A DNA stretch of 62,929 nt, filler included, from Octopus bimaculoides (lineage: Eukaryota), in assembly GCF_001194135.2 (NCBI RefSeq). It is 6 parts of 6 records of this genome, joined end to end, with 100 filler letters (N's around TTAATTAATTAA, not from the genome) between each part and the next. Parts side by side here need not be neighbours in the genome. Positions count along the whole stretch, not along the records: positions 32,096 to 55,156 come from NC_068994.1; 5 more parts are not named here. One strand, written 5' to 3'. Shown one piece after another: positions 38,360 through 52,073 of the stretch (within the stretch, counting starts at the first letter, position 1; every line of letters starts with the position of its first letter). Below the pieces are notes generated by a model. The model had not been told where the DNA came from, did no database searches, and worked only from the letters and a program-made list of their open reading frames with translations. Position numbers and translations under genes: made by a program.

Positions 38360-38960
38360 TAGTTGCCAGTGGTGTTGTGGCTGTGGTGGTTGTTGTGGTG
38401 TCGGTAATAGTAGTACTACTGTTGGTTGTGGTAGTGGTGATGGTCATGATGATCGTCACGATGCTGGTGGTGGTGGTGGGGTTAACAGTATTGGTAGCCG
38501 TGGTGTTAGTAGTGAGGATGTTGCTTGTGTTGAGGATAGATATGGTAGTTGTAGTGCTGTTAGCAGTGGTAGGGAAGTTGGTACTGGCAGTGGAAGAGAT
38601 GGTGGTATTAGCAGTGGTAGTATTGGAGTTGGCAGAAGTGGTCATGGTGTTGCCAATAGTCTTAGTGAAAACATTAGTGTGGTGGTAGTGGTGTCTTTTG
38701 TAGTATTGGCTGTGGTAGTTGTGGTGTTGACAGTGGGGTGGTAGCTTGTGATGGAAACAAAGATGGTAGTGTTACTGAAGAGATAGCAATGGCTGTAGTG
38801 TTGGCAGTGGTATCATCAATGTGGTAGTGTTGTAGTAGTGCTGTGAAAGCAGTTTTGGTTATAGTTGTGGTGTATGGCTAAAGAAGCAGTGGGTATGTTG
38901 CTAGTGGCAACTGTATAGGTATTGTTGGTGGTGCTTTAGTATTGTTAGTAGAGGTGGTAG
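38360..38960. repeat. Cryptic (GTN)n trinucleotide repeat
   Basis: GTG/GTA/GTT-rich; it produces the poly-Val (+) and poly-Thr (-) ORFs. Confidence 0.85.
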
Positions 38961-39606
38961 TAGGTGGTGGTAGATGCATGGCACAGAGGAGGGTGGGGTG
39001 ACAGCTGTCTTTTTCTTTTGTGTTTTCAGGTTTAGAATAATTGTTGTTGTTGTGGTGGTGGTGGTGAGTGACTTTCAAGAAAAGATAGACACAGACAGAC
39101 AGGCATAACAGACACATAGCTAGGTAGATAGATAGATAGACAGAGAGAGAGAGGCAAAGACAGACAGACACATAGCTAGGTAGATAGACAGAGAGAGAAG
39201 CAAAGGCAGATAGATAGATAGATAAATGTGTGTTTGCATAGAGAGTAATAGGGAGAGAAAGACAGAGAAAAGTGATAAAGAGAGTGACTTTCAAGAAAAG
39301 TCACTAACACATTGTTAGGGTGACAGAGAAACACACACAAACACATACACACACATTGGTAGATAGATATATGATTGTGTGAGCATTAGTGTATGACATG
39401 ATTGTATTTGTGAAGTATAACAGCCTGATCTAGCAAGGATGGTAGGCCAACAATTAGATATGTATGTATATGTACATGTGTGTGTAATTTATAGATAGAC
39501 AGGTAGAATGATAGATAGACAAGTAAACAGAAACAGATTGACAGATATATATATATATAAACACACACATATACATATATATTTTGTGTCTATATGTATG
39601 TATATT

Positions 39607-39694
<88 letters not shown>

Positions 39695-40314
39695 TAGATA
39701 GATAGACTGACAAACAAATAGACAGACAGCTGGTGAGTTAGATAGATAAGCAGACAGACAGACTAATAGAGAGACAGATAGATAGATAGACAGACAAAAA
39801 GAGATAGACAGATAGATAGATATGTTGATAGACAGATAGAAAGAGATGAAAAGACGTGAGCTAGATAGACAGAGACAAAGGAAGAGAGAGACAGAGATGA
39901 TGGGACAGAACAAGTGAAGACATAAAGAAAGTGTTATCTGGACAGAGAGAGAGGGAGATTATCATATAGTGTAGGACATAGAGAGACAGATAGACAGATG
40001 GATAAAGAGAAGAAGAAAGACAGATAGATAGACAGAAGTTAGGAGCTGACAAAGAGATATACCAACAGACAAATTGTATAGCTTATGCATGTATATATGT
40101 AGCTTTTTAAATGTATATATATATGTGTGTGTGTATATATACATATATGGTTGTATATATGCATGTATATATAATATATATGTATACCATATATAATATT
40201 TCTATAAATATATCTATTTATATATATGTGTATATATACACTCATATATATACACATATATATACTCGTGTATATATTTATATATACAATAAGAAGAGAG
40301 AAGAGAAAACTCAC

Positions 40315-40350
40315 CTTATCTATGTCATCTTCCATGATGTGTTGTTGATG
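40315..40350 (-). CDS. Candidate 36-nt cytoplasmic micro-exon of the protocadherin (HQQHIMEDDIDK)
   Basis: Minus strand reads ...gtgtgtatAG|cat caa caa cac atc atg gaa gat gac ata gat aag|GTGAGT. It is 12 codons, has no stop, is phase 0 at both ends and has a strong donor. The acceptor lacks a classic pyrimidine tract (TG repeat instead). Confidence 0.5.
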
Positions 40351-40705
40351 CTATACACACACACACACATATACCACACGCATATACACACCTTTTCTCT
40401 CTCTCTCTCACTCTCTCTCTCTATTATCACTGATGTAACTACTACCACCACCACCTCTACTACTACTACTACTACTACTACTAGTATAGACACGGAACTA
40501 CATGCCTCTACTGTTGATTCTTTCCCTCTTTCTGTCTGGACCCGTGTGTGTATATGTGTGTGTCTGTGCATGTATGAGTGTATATATATATATATATACG
40601 TGTCTGTGTATATACATATGTATCTATGTGTGTGTGTGTGTCTATGTTTGTGTATACATGTGTTTATTTGTACATGTGTCTGTGAGTTTAGGTGTGTGTA
40701 TATAT

Positions 40706-40755
<50 letters not shown>

Positions 40756-42007
40756 CATATGCGTATGTTTGCACATCTGAGAATGTGTGTGTCTGTAGAG
40801 TATGTATGCGTATCGGTGTGTATATACATGTGCCATGTGTATGGCTGTGTATACATGTCTACATATACACGTGTATGTATCGTTGTTTATATGAGTGCGT
40901 CAGCTGTATATACACGAATGTAATATGTATGTATATATATGTGTGTATGTATGCGTTTCAGCATGTGAATATGTGTGCATATATAGATGCATGCCCATGT
41001 GCTCATATATGCATGTCTGTGAATGTATTTGTATATTGNNNNNNNNNNTGCATGTCTGTGAATGTATTTGTATATTGATCGGGGGGGGGGGAATCAGCTG
41101 TTGTCTGTGTGTGTGTGTGTGTGTGTGAGCGTGAGAGAGTGTTTGCTTGTATTTGTGAATATGTAGGAGCATGTCAGTGTGTAGCCCTGAATAGCATATC
41201 TGCTTGTGTGTATACATGTGTACTGGGCTTGGATATTCATGTCTGCTGATTGTCCATACAGATATGTATGCGCGTGTGTGTTTGTGTGTATGTGTAGGTT
41301 TCCATATATATGTCTGTGTGTGTGGATATACAGTCCTGACTGTGTGTTGTGTGTAATTTGTATGCATTTGGATGTACATGTTCTCTAACACATGCATACA
41401 TGTGAGAGTTTATGTGTGTGTATACATNNNNNNNNNNNNNNNNNNNNNNNNNNNNNNNNNNNNNNNNNNNNNNNNNNNNNNNNNNNNNNNNNNNNNNNNN
41501 NNNNNNNNNNNNNNNNNNNNNNNNNNNNNNNNNNNNNNNNNNNNNNNNNNNNNNNNNNNNNNNNNNNNNNNNNNNNNNNNNNNNNNNNNNNNNNNNNNNN
41601 NNNNNNNNNNNNNNNNNNNNNNNNNNNNNNNNNNNNNNNNNNNNNNNNNNNNNNNNNNNNNNNNNNNNNNNNNNNNNNNNNNNNNNNNNNNNNNNNNNNN
41701 NNNNNNNNNNNNNNNNNNNNNNNNNNNNNNNNNNNNNNNNNNNNNNNNNNNNNNNNNNNNNNNNNNNNNNNNNNNNNNNNNNNNNNNNNNNNNNNNNNNN
41801 NNNNNNNNNNNNNNNNNNNNNNNNNNNNNNNNNNNNNNNNNNNNNNNNNNNNNNNNNNNNNNNNNNNNNNNNNNNNNNNNNNNNNNNNNNNNNTACATAT
41901 GTATATATGTGTATATACATATGTATATATATATGTGTGTATACATATGTATATATGTGTATATACATATGTATATATATATGTGTGTGTGTGTGTATAT
42001 GTGTGTG

Positions 42008-42039
<32 letters not shown>

Positions 42040-42059
42040 TGTGTGTATATATGTGTGTA

Positions 42060-42108
<49 letters not shown>

Positions 42109-42704
42109 GTATATATGCAAGTACATCAATCGACATGCATATATATGTGGGGGGTGCATGTATGTATGTATGTTATACATGAATGTATTAACTGGCTGAC
42201 CACATGTATGTATACATGTGGTCAGCCAGTTAATACACTACATCTTGCTTCTTTTCCTTTCTACATGTATACATGTGAGTATACATGTATGAGGAAATGA
42301 GGTACATATATATACATGCGTACATAAATATATCATATATGTCTGTGTATGTATAAATCTATGCAAGTGTGTATGTGTACATGTATATATCCATACATGT
42401 GTATGTGTGTATAATCATGTATCTGTATACATATGTATACATAAATGTGACGGTCACTTTCTAATGTATTATGCCCCTTTTCTTTCTTTTTTTTTCATTC
42501 TTTCTCTCTTCCCTCCATGATTTTTTTTCTTCTCTACATGTCAGCATATTTGTATGTGTGTATGTATTTGTATGTATATATATAAATATATATATATATA
42601 TGCAAGAACGAATGTGTATTAGATTATGATGATGCTGTGTGTATGTGTACGTGTATATATGTGTGTGCGTATAAATGTTTGCATCTATGTCTTTGTGTAT
42701 GATG

Positions 42705-42737
<33 letters not shown>

Positions 42738-45700
42738 CTGTAAACATGTGATAGATCTGTAATTCAAAATATTACATTCCTCCCTCCCTTTTCATATTTA
42801 TCTCAATCCCTCCCTCTTTTCTATCTCTCTCTGTTTCTCTTTCTATCTTTTTATTTTCCACATTTTCACACATACATGCACACTTAAATACAGGCTTTTG
42901 TACATATATATAAAATATATAGACATATACACACATGATATTACTTATCCCTCACACAGAATATATCTCACATATCAACACATACACATGTATGTATATA
43001 TATGTATGTATATGTATGTATGTATATGTATGTTTATGTATATATACATATGTATATATGTGTGTGTGCATATATATATATATGTGTGTATATATATATA
43101 TATAATTGTGTATATATAGATATATGATTATATATGTATATAGATTATTATGAATGTTGTGAGTTTGTGATCTTCATATGTATATATGTATAAATATATA
43201 TATAAGTGTTTATTATATATATATACATATACATACATATATATATGTATGTATGTATACCTACATAAACATATATGTTGGTAGACAGATAGATATGTAA
43301 TTCATATTGATATATTGATATACATCATCTGTGTGTGTGTGTGTGTGTGTGTAGCCACCAGTAAAAATACACAGATTACAAACTTACACATGAACACACC
43401 AATATATACACTCCCACACCTATACAATACACACATACATACATACATATATATGAACACACACACAATACCAGATGGCAAGACCATATGTTCATCCCCC
43501 TACATACACCCAGACACCTCACCATCTTCATCAGTTTTCGTGCAAGGAATGAGTGACGGGTGCGATATAATGTGATTATATTCTGCATATAGCATGAGAT
43601 ATCCTTTTGACAGTGGACTGTCATTGGAGGGAGAGAGGAGATAGCAAGGAGAAGGGGAAGTAATCAATGCTGTTTCTATTTATTTGTCTGCTTTCCAGAC
43701 ATGCCTATAAACACTACAGTTGGTACAGCACTACAGGAGATATACATGCCAGACAGCATGTATCGCTCAGCGGGTACATGTGAGTGTGTGCGTGATTGTC
43801 TTTGATTCAGCACCATATTCTCTCAACAGATATATGCATATCAATACATGTGTGTGTGTGTATTTGAATAAGCATTAAATGTCTATAAGTGCAGATATAT
43901 GCATGCAAATGTGCATATATACATGGATGTATGTTTGATACAGCACAGCATGTCTTCAGGTGCAGATATCTGCATATCAATGCACAAGTGTATGTGTGTG
44001 TGTTTGTCATATGTAAAGGTAAAGTGGATTATTGAATTAGATTACATAATACCAACAGACTAAGAAGGTAATATTTTATTCAATCAGCTGACATTTGCAT
44101 TTGACTAAACGACTGATGGAACCAAATTCCAGTTGGATAGCATACACACACACACACACACATGCACACATTTTCTGTTACCTGTTTCTGTCATTAGACA
44201 GTGGCCATGCTGGGGTACCACCTTGAATAATTTCAATCAAACGAACCGCCATATTTTCTTTTTCCAGCATGGTACTTATTCTATCAGTCTCTATTGCCAA
44301 ACCACTAAGCAGTGGTGGTCATGGGTAAACACAGACACACACACACGTATATAAATATATACATGCTTCTTTCAGTTTCCGTCTACCAAATCTACCTACA
44401 AGGCTTTTTGGTTGACCTCAGTCTATAGGAGAAAGCACTTGTCCAAGGTGCCACGTAATGGGACTGATCTCAGAACCATGTGGTTGGGTTCTTACCACAC
44501 AGCCATGCCAGTGAGATACATTAAATGTTGTCATTGGTTACGGCCAGTGAGAAAGTTCTGTAGCGTGGCACAAGTAGCCAGTGCCGTTTTGTACAAGATC
44601 TTGCTGGCAGCCATTATCTTGTCCAAGACAAGAGTGAGATCTCACATACAACTGTTTGCCACGCGCAACACCACAACAAGGCTCTCCTCGACAACGGCTA
44701 CTTAAGCAGGCGCGAAAGACGTTCCGCCTCTTAGTCTTCTCCAGCTCACTTTTACTCAGGGACACTACGAAGCAGGCAGCTACACTGGAGGCTGACCTGC
44801 TCTAACCACATTCTCCAGAGGTAATCTACCTCTGGAGAATAGAGATATCACAAGCCATGCGCTGCTGGGTTTCATGATCGGCCATAACCAACAACCACAT
44901 AAAATATTACTGCTCTAAGCATTTTTTAGGATCTGCTTTTTTTGTCCAGATTTATGAACAACTGACCATGAAGAAGGGCATCCAGGCATAGAAACCATGC
45001 CAGATCAGACAATTGGAACCTGGTGCCGCTTCCCAGCTTGCCAGCCCTGGTCAAACTGTCCAACCCATGCCAGCATGGACAATGGATGTTAAATGATGAT
45101 GATGATACACCCATCCATCTATTTTTTTCTTTCTGTATACAGATAGATAGATAGATACACACACACATGGAGGGATGGACAGATGGATGGACAGCCAGTT
45201 GGATGGGTGGATGTTTGTATCTAAATGTTATGTTTGTATGTATGTATGTACATATTGTTATGTTTCTGAGAAGACATATCAGTGACTCGGGGAACCTAGA
45301 GTTGAGTCTCAGGGTACTTCACAAGTGCTGTGGTAGACAACCTTTCAATCTCTGATGTAGCTTATTGGCTACAAATAAAATCACTTCTCTCTTTTATGTC
45401 TTGTGTTATATTTCTCTTACTTGTATAAATTATCTCAAACACAGACTAACATACTTCCTTCATATATGACTCTGTGTGTGTGTGTGTGTGTGTGCAAAGT
45501 GTGGTTTGTTTCGGGGTGGGGGAATGACAACATTTCCACTTGAGTTATGTGTTGTCCCTATGTAGATGTCTCTTTTACTCCAACATGACATATTCTTGAA
45601 TTATTTGGCTAATGACAAGAGTTCACTCCTTTCATTTGCTTCTTTCTCCCCAGAATAGTCTTTCTTGCATGCTTAAGAAAAGAAATTCAATAACTTGCAC

Positions 45701-47264
45701 AGAGAATATAGGATTGATGCAAAAACACAAACACACAGACACATATTTCACACTATTCAATTCAGACACACACACAAACATAATATGTTTGTGTGTATGG
45801 CTATGAATAAATATATCTATGTATTTGTGTATATACATGTATATATGTATACATATAATATATATACATATATATTTTTATATGTATATAGATATATCCG
45901 TACACANNNNNNNNNNNNNNNNNNNNNNNNNNNNNNNNNNNNNNNNNNNNNNNNNNNNNNNNNNNNNNNNNNNNNNNNNNNNNNNNNNNNNNNNNNNNNN
46001 NNNNNNNNNNNNNNNNNNNNNNNNNNNNNNNNNNNNNNNNNNNNNGTGCGGGTGACACGTAAAAGCACCCACTACACTCTCTGAGTGGTTGGCGTTAGGA
46101 AGGGCATCCAGCTGTAGAAACTCTGCCAAATCAGACTGGAGCCTGGTGTTGCCATCCGGTTTCACCAGTCCTCAGTCAAATCGTCCAACCCATGCTAGCA
46201 TGGAAAGCGGACGTTAAACGATGATGATGATAATATATATACATATATATTTTTATATGTATATAGATATATCCGTACACAGACATGCATATGTGTGTGT
46301 ATATATACATATGCATACTTATATACATACATGTACACATATATACACATATAAATATATAAAATCTAGGATGTATATGTAAATGTGGGTCTGTGAAAGA
46401 TTTTGTGAAGAAAACGAAGAGTTTCCCATGCAAGCAAATCACCTTCTCTCCTCATCACTGATGTTCTCCAAGAGAGATGCTGATGTCTTGTACCACAGGA
46501 GCTTGGCATCAATGTCATCACAGGTATTTCTCTCACAACCAATACCTTGTGGTGGACTCCTCTTATCCAACACTCTAAGTTTCTGGCAATTTGTCCAGTG
46601 CTTGCATACACACACACACATGTACATACATACATACATACATATATGTGTATACATACATACACACACACACATATATGCATGTATGTATTCCTTTTTT
46701 ATTCTTTTACTTNNNNNNNNNNNNNNNNNNNNNNNNNNNNNNNNNNNNNNNNNNNNNNNNNNNNNNNNNNNNNNNNNNNNNNNNNNNNNNNNNNNNNNNN
46801 NNNNNNNNNNNNNNNNNNNNNNNNNNNNNNNNNNNNNNNNNNNNNNNNNNNNNNNNNNNNNNNNNNNNNNNNNNNNNNNNNNNNNNNNNNNNNNNNNNNN
46901 NNNNNNNNNNNNNNNNNNNNNNNNNNNNNNNNNNNNNNNNNNNNNNNNNNNNNNNNNNNNNNNNNNNNNNNNNNNNNNNNNNNNNNNNNNTATATATATA
47001 TATATATATGTATGTATATATACAACAGGCTTCTTTCAGTTTCCATCTACCAAATCCTCTCACAAGGCTTTGGTTAGCCTGAGGCTATAGTGGAAGACAC
47101 TTGCCCAATGTGCTACACAGTGGGACTGAAACCAGAACCATGTGGTTGGTAAGCAAGCTACTTACCACACAACCATTCCTGTGCCTGTATGTTTGTATGA
47201 TTTTATTAATATTCAACAGAAGCAACAGAGTGACTCAAGGGCTAAATATTAATAAAAATATTCA

Positions 47265-48529
47265 TACGATCTTCGTTAAAGATTTTCCCCTGACCTACTT
47301 CCAGTTATTGCAGAAAACAGAACTTGTACAGGTTTCATCATGCATATCCCTATGTGTCACATTGTAAATTGCAGCTTTCCACTAGTATTTGTTTGTCTTT
47401 TACAGCTGCTGAAGTGAACTCAGGTGTTATAATAGAGACAGTTGAATGCAGATCAGTGTTCAGGTTCTTTATACTTGAAAGGTTGTACACCAAAAGAGAC
47501 TTTCAATGAGTTGAAAGAAGTTTATGGTAACGATGCACCATCATACCACATTGTCGAGCACTGGCATCACCAGCTCAAGTGTGGTTGGACATCTGTGGAA
47601 ATTGCTCCTATTCCTGGATGACCATATTCTGCCATTGGTGACAACACCATCCATAAAGTGAAAGCTGCCATTTTGGATGATCGTCACATAAATTATTTGG
47701 CAACAAGCTCAAGAAGTGAAGATAAGTGTAGGATCTGGGGAAGAAATCATTCACAACCATTTGCACATGTGGAAATTGCCTGCACGATGGATTCCCTTGA
47801 TGCTCACAACTGTTCAGAAGCCGGCAATGTGCCAAGAAAATGAGAAGGACTTTTTCGGCAGATTTATCATACAACATGAGACATGGGTCCATCACTATGA
47901 TCCTGAGACTAGAGTCCAGTCAAAGCAATAGAGGCATGATAACTCACCAGCTCCAAAGAAGGCTCGTGTCCAATCCTCAGCAGGCAAGGTAAGGCTCACA
48001 ATCTTTTGGGACCAGCACGGAGTAGTGATGCTGGATTTTCTGGCACAGGGCACCACAATTAATGGAAAATATTATGCTTCTCTGCTGCAGAAATTGTGGG
48101 ATGCCTTCAAAGCAGAACGGCGTGGCATGCTGACCAAAGGAGTCCGCCTCCACCAAGACAATGCCCCAATTCACAATGCGCATGTTGCCCAGATGAAAGC
48201 ACACTCCGGCAGCTATGAAATCCTTCCTCATCTCCCTTACTCTCCCAGTCTCGCACCATCTGACTTCTGCCTCTTTCCAACCATGAACTCTTTTTTGAAG
48301 GGGAAGCATTTTTCAGATGATGATGAACTTATTTTCAAGGTGAAGTCTTGGCTCCAAACGCAACCTACCAACTTCAACAGACGAGGTCTTCACAACTGTA
48401 TAAAGCAATGGGAGAAGTGTGTCACCATTGGTGGTGGCCATGTAGAGAAGGACTAATAATTATGCCAAGTTTCATTTGTCCTAGTCCCTGGGAAGTGGGT
48501 CAGGGGAAATCTTTAATGAACACCCCATA
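47265..48529 (+). mobile_element. Near full-length mariner (DD34D) transposon with inactivated transposase
   Basis: TIRs tacga…ttcgttaaagattttcccctgacctacttcca and tgggaagtgggtcaggggaaatctttaatgaacaccccata, with TA ends, about 1.27 kb. Motifs: N-terminal VECRSV…KEVYGNDAPSY, (H)ETWVHHYDPE, LHQDNAPIH-x-YSPSLAPSDF (34 residues between the 2nd and 3rd D) and WEKCV..GGHVEKD*. Frameshifts and stops lie in the 5' half. Confidence 0.92.
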
Positions 48530-49125
48530 TGTACTCATATTTTGAGTGTTCTATTTTTTCTCTTTGTATCACCATACCTATATATATATCATTTAGCATC
48601 TGTTTTCCATGCTGACATGGACAATATGGTTTGACTGAAACTAGTAAACTGGAAAGTTGCATCAGGTTCTATGTCTGGATGCTCTTCCAAACACCAACCA
48701 AGTCCCTGTGTTTTCAATCTTATTGTATTTGTGTAAGATCGGGATAGATACAGCTGACATAGAACGAAGAATCCCAAAAGACGTTCTTCAGGCAGCCAGT
48801 TGCCAAACGCAGTGGCAGTCCAAGACCAATCTTTGCTACACTGAAACACTGAACGCTCATCTGGTACAGACATGCATCCAACCATGACGCTCTGTTCAAA
48901 GCTTTTCTATAGGACACAGTGAAAGATGGTGGGGAAGAGCAGGAAGAAGAAGAAGAAGAAAATCCTGCTGTAACAGCATCAAGGTGTGGACAGCACTCAG
49001 CACAACATTGTGGCCATTCTATATGTTGAATGTAGGAATGGCACTAAAATGGTTTGTCTTACCAGCCACAGGAGGATGGAGATGATGATGTCAGTGGTGA
49101 TTTTATATATATATGTATGTATATG

Positions 49126-49161
<36 letters not shown>

Positions 49162-51276
49162 TACACATTTATGTATGTGCGTGTGTACACACACATACAT
49201 AGTCACACACGTGCATACATAATCATTCACTTTGATACCCAAAATATAAAACAAACAGACAAAAGAACATTAACAACAACCGCATAAACAATATTGACTG
49301 CAACAAGAACAACAACATTAAGTGCAACAGCAACAAGAACAAGAAACCATATCAAAGAAGTAAAAGAAAAACCTCCTTAAAAAAAGCTTCAACTGAAATA
49401 AATCTGGAGAATGTTTTTTTTTAACTTGCTTATGGTAGGACACACAGACAGACAGAGGACATTGAGGGGGAGGGAGGGAGAGAGAGAAAGAATGACAGGT
49501 GCAGCAGAAGCAGAGAGAGTGAGGAAGAAAGAGAGTGATAGAGAAGAAAGAAATGACATAGAAATAGGAGAGAGAGAGAGAGAGAGAGAGAAATGAATGG
49601 CAGGATGAGTGTTATGAAGAATTTATTCAGTGCAGCCATTGTGTGAGTGTATCTCCTCCTTACCCCACCCATTCCCCCACCACTGCCACCCCCAGCATTC
49701 GATATTATCGGTGCTTCCTACAGCCAATGTTATTATCATCTCTGTCTTACTGAGAATTCTTCAAGACATGGAGAGAGAAAGAAAGTGGGAGAGAGAGAGA
49801 GTGAGAGAACAGAATGTCTTGTTATACCACATCACACAACACTACACAGTACTACATCCTGACCTACCACACCATATTTTACAGCACTATGCTGTATACC
49901 ATACTACATTACACTAAATCAATTCACTGAACAACACCACAACACACTATATTCCATTAAACCACACTAGACCAGTCTCTACTTCATCGCACAGTGCCAC
50001 ACTATTCTGTTATTTAACCCCGGGTCAAACCTGATCAAATAGGTTTTATTATTTAACAGAATCTACCCCTGGATAACACACTAAACACTATGCAACACTT
50101 CCACTTCTACTTATAGTCATTCTATCCACATTATAGATTCTTCAATTTCCATTTTTATTCATATTATATTCATTTCTAATTTTCCTTCTCCTACTGTATC
50201 AGCTTAAACCTATCATATATTACACATACATACATACATACATATGTTTATATATATATATAGATATGTGTGTGTGTTTAATTCTTCAACAGCTAAAGGG
50301 AGACAACTAATTTTCTTATCGATATCAATTGAGCTTATCAAATTTCCATCCCTGCATGTATTTAATGTAATCTTTTTACGGTGTTTAAATATTCCAAAAT
50401 TATTGGGTGAAGTATATTAATCTGATGATTGCTTCAATGAATTCATTTTCATGAAACTTAGAGTTACACTGTATTATCTAGAAGAGTCAATACATACACT
50501 CATCCATACATGTGTATATGGAGGCTTGCTGGTCACTTTTCCTATTTTCTAAAGGGTATTTTCCCAATTCTCTAAGCTCTCCCCACAACTTTCCTGAGTT
50601 CCCAAATTCCTTTATTTTATATAGATTACCAACACACATAGCACTTATAAGTTTGCGAAGAGTTAATTTTGTATTTGAACTAGAGCCTGATGAGCTATGG
50701 CTTTCATGTATGTGGAACCATTGTTCAGTCTATGACCAGATATTAACTTTATTCCTTTAATATATATATATACATATATAAACATACACACATAAGAGGG
50801 CAAATGTAAGGAAAAGGAACTCAATACACTTAATAGAAGTTACATATATTATCATTTAAGTCACATGGAACCCAAATCAAACTGCTTTAAATAATATATA
50901 TGTGTGTGTATGTATGTGTGCATGTGAGTATATAATCATCATCATCGTTTAACGTCCGCTTTCCATGCTAGCATGGGTTGGACGATTTGACTGAGGACTG
51001 GTGAAACCGGATGGCAACACCAGGCTCCAGTCTGATTTGGCAGAGTTTCTACAGCTGGATGCCCTTCCTAACGCCAACCACTCAGAGAGTGTAGTGGGTG
51101 CTTTTACGTGTCACCCGCACGAAAACGGCCACGCTCGNNNNNNNNNNNNNNNNNNNNNNNNNNNNNNNNNNNNNNNNNNNNNNNNNNNNNNNNNNNNNNN
51201 NNNNNNNNNNNNNNNNNNNNNNNNNNNNNNNNNNNNNNNNNNNNNNNNNNNNNNNNNNNNNNNNNNNNNNNNNNNN

Positions 51277-51662
51277 CTAACGCCAACTATCAACTACTTC
51301 TAGTTTTTCTCCCTGGAGTGTGGCAAAGGTTGTTTTCTGCACATTTTCAGTGTTTATAACACCTGAGCATCTGCCACATACAAAAACTATCTTCCCAGTT
51401 AGCGTTCCTTTGATATTGCTGCACCTCTTATGTGTCCATAGCTTACATTGGGTACATCTTATGGAGTTTCTACCTGAAGGAGTTTGTGTTTTGTCTACCT
51501 TCCTACTTATTAGGACTTTGGTTTTAGCTAGGTTGACTCTAAGGCTCTTCGATTCTAGTCCTTGCTTCCACACCTGAAATTTCTCCTCTAGTTCTGATAG
51601 TGACTCAGCAATTAGGGCAAGGTCATCAGCATAGAGGAGCTCCCGAGGGCATCCCATCTTGA
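51277..51662 (-). mobile_element. RTE-type LINE reverse transcriptase fragment (YADD)
   Basis: EFKMGCPRELLYADDLALIAESLSELEEKFQVWKQGLESKSLRVNLAKTKVL, then a Cys-rich CTQCKLWTHKRCS…CGRC. Probably continuous with the 3' end at 50935-51137 across the gap. Confidence 0.9.
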
Positions 51663-51669
51663 ATTCCTG

Positions 51670-52073
51670 TGTTATTAACCATTAAGCAAAATAAGCACGT
51701 GCTTAAGGCATCAAGGGAAAGAAGAGGCACCACAAAAATGGTAAACGGTTTACGGCATAAAAGAAATCATTTTAAACTTGCTAAAATAAAATTCGGGATG
51801 CCTTTATCTCTACTAAGTATAGATGCAGATGTGTTAACCTAAGATTAATTTTGAGGATCTGATCAAAGACTTTGCAATTCAAAAAAGTAGGAGGAAACTT
51901 TTCAAATATAAATAAAGTGGAAGTATACAAAAATAAACATTATTTTCCCTCTTATTGTTTTGTTTCGTTTTGAAAAATTAACATTTATTTTATGGTTTGT
52001 TATTGTTTATATTTTGGAGGGCACCAAAATCTTTTAAGTGTTTCGGGCTTCGATGGGTCTTAATCCAGCCCTG
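51670..52073. mobile_element. Probable hAT-type MITE remnant
   Basis: The right end reads CAGGGCTGGATTAAGACC on the minus strand. The left end attaaccattaagcaaaataagcacgtgctt is degenerate. Confidence 0.4.

Noticed and set aside
38331-38688. Thr-rich 'mucin-like' / Val-rich 'membrane' ORFs
   Set aside because: Cryptic (GTN)n repeat open on both strands, with no splice or homology support.
43523-43617. Minus-strand 95-nt segment with a strong pyrimidine tract acceptor and G|GTGAGG donor
   Set aside because: In the phase required by the protocadherin donor it stops after 13 codons. It is open only in another phase. It cannot be supported without RNA data, though a poison or terminal exon is possible.
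46383-46600. Unique-looking segment with open frames on both strands
   Set aside because: No recognisable motif or splice sites; it may be an old LINE remnant, but the similarity is too weak to call.
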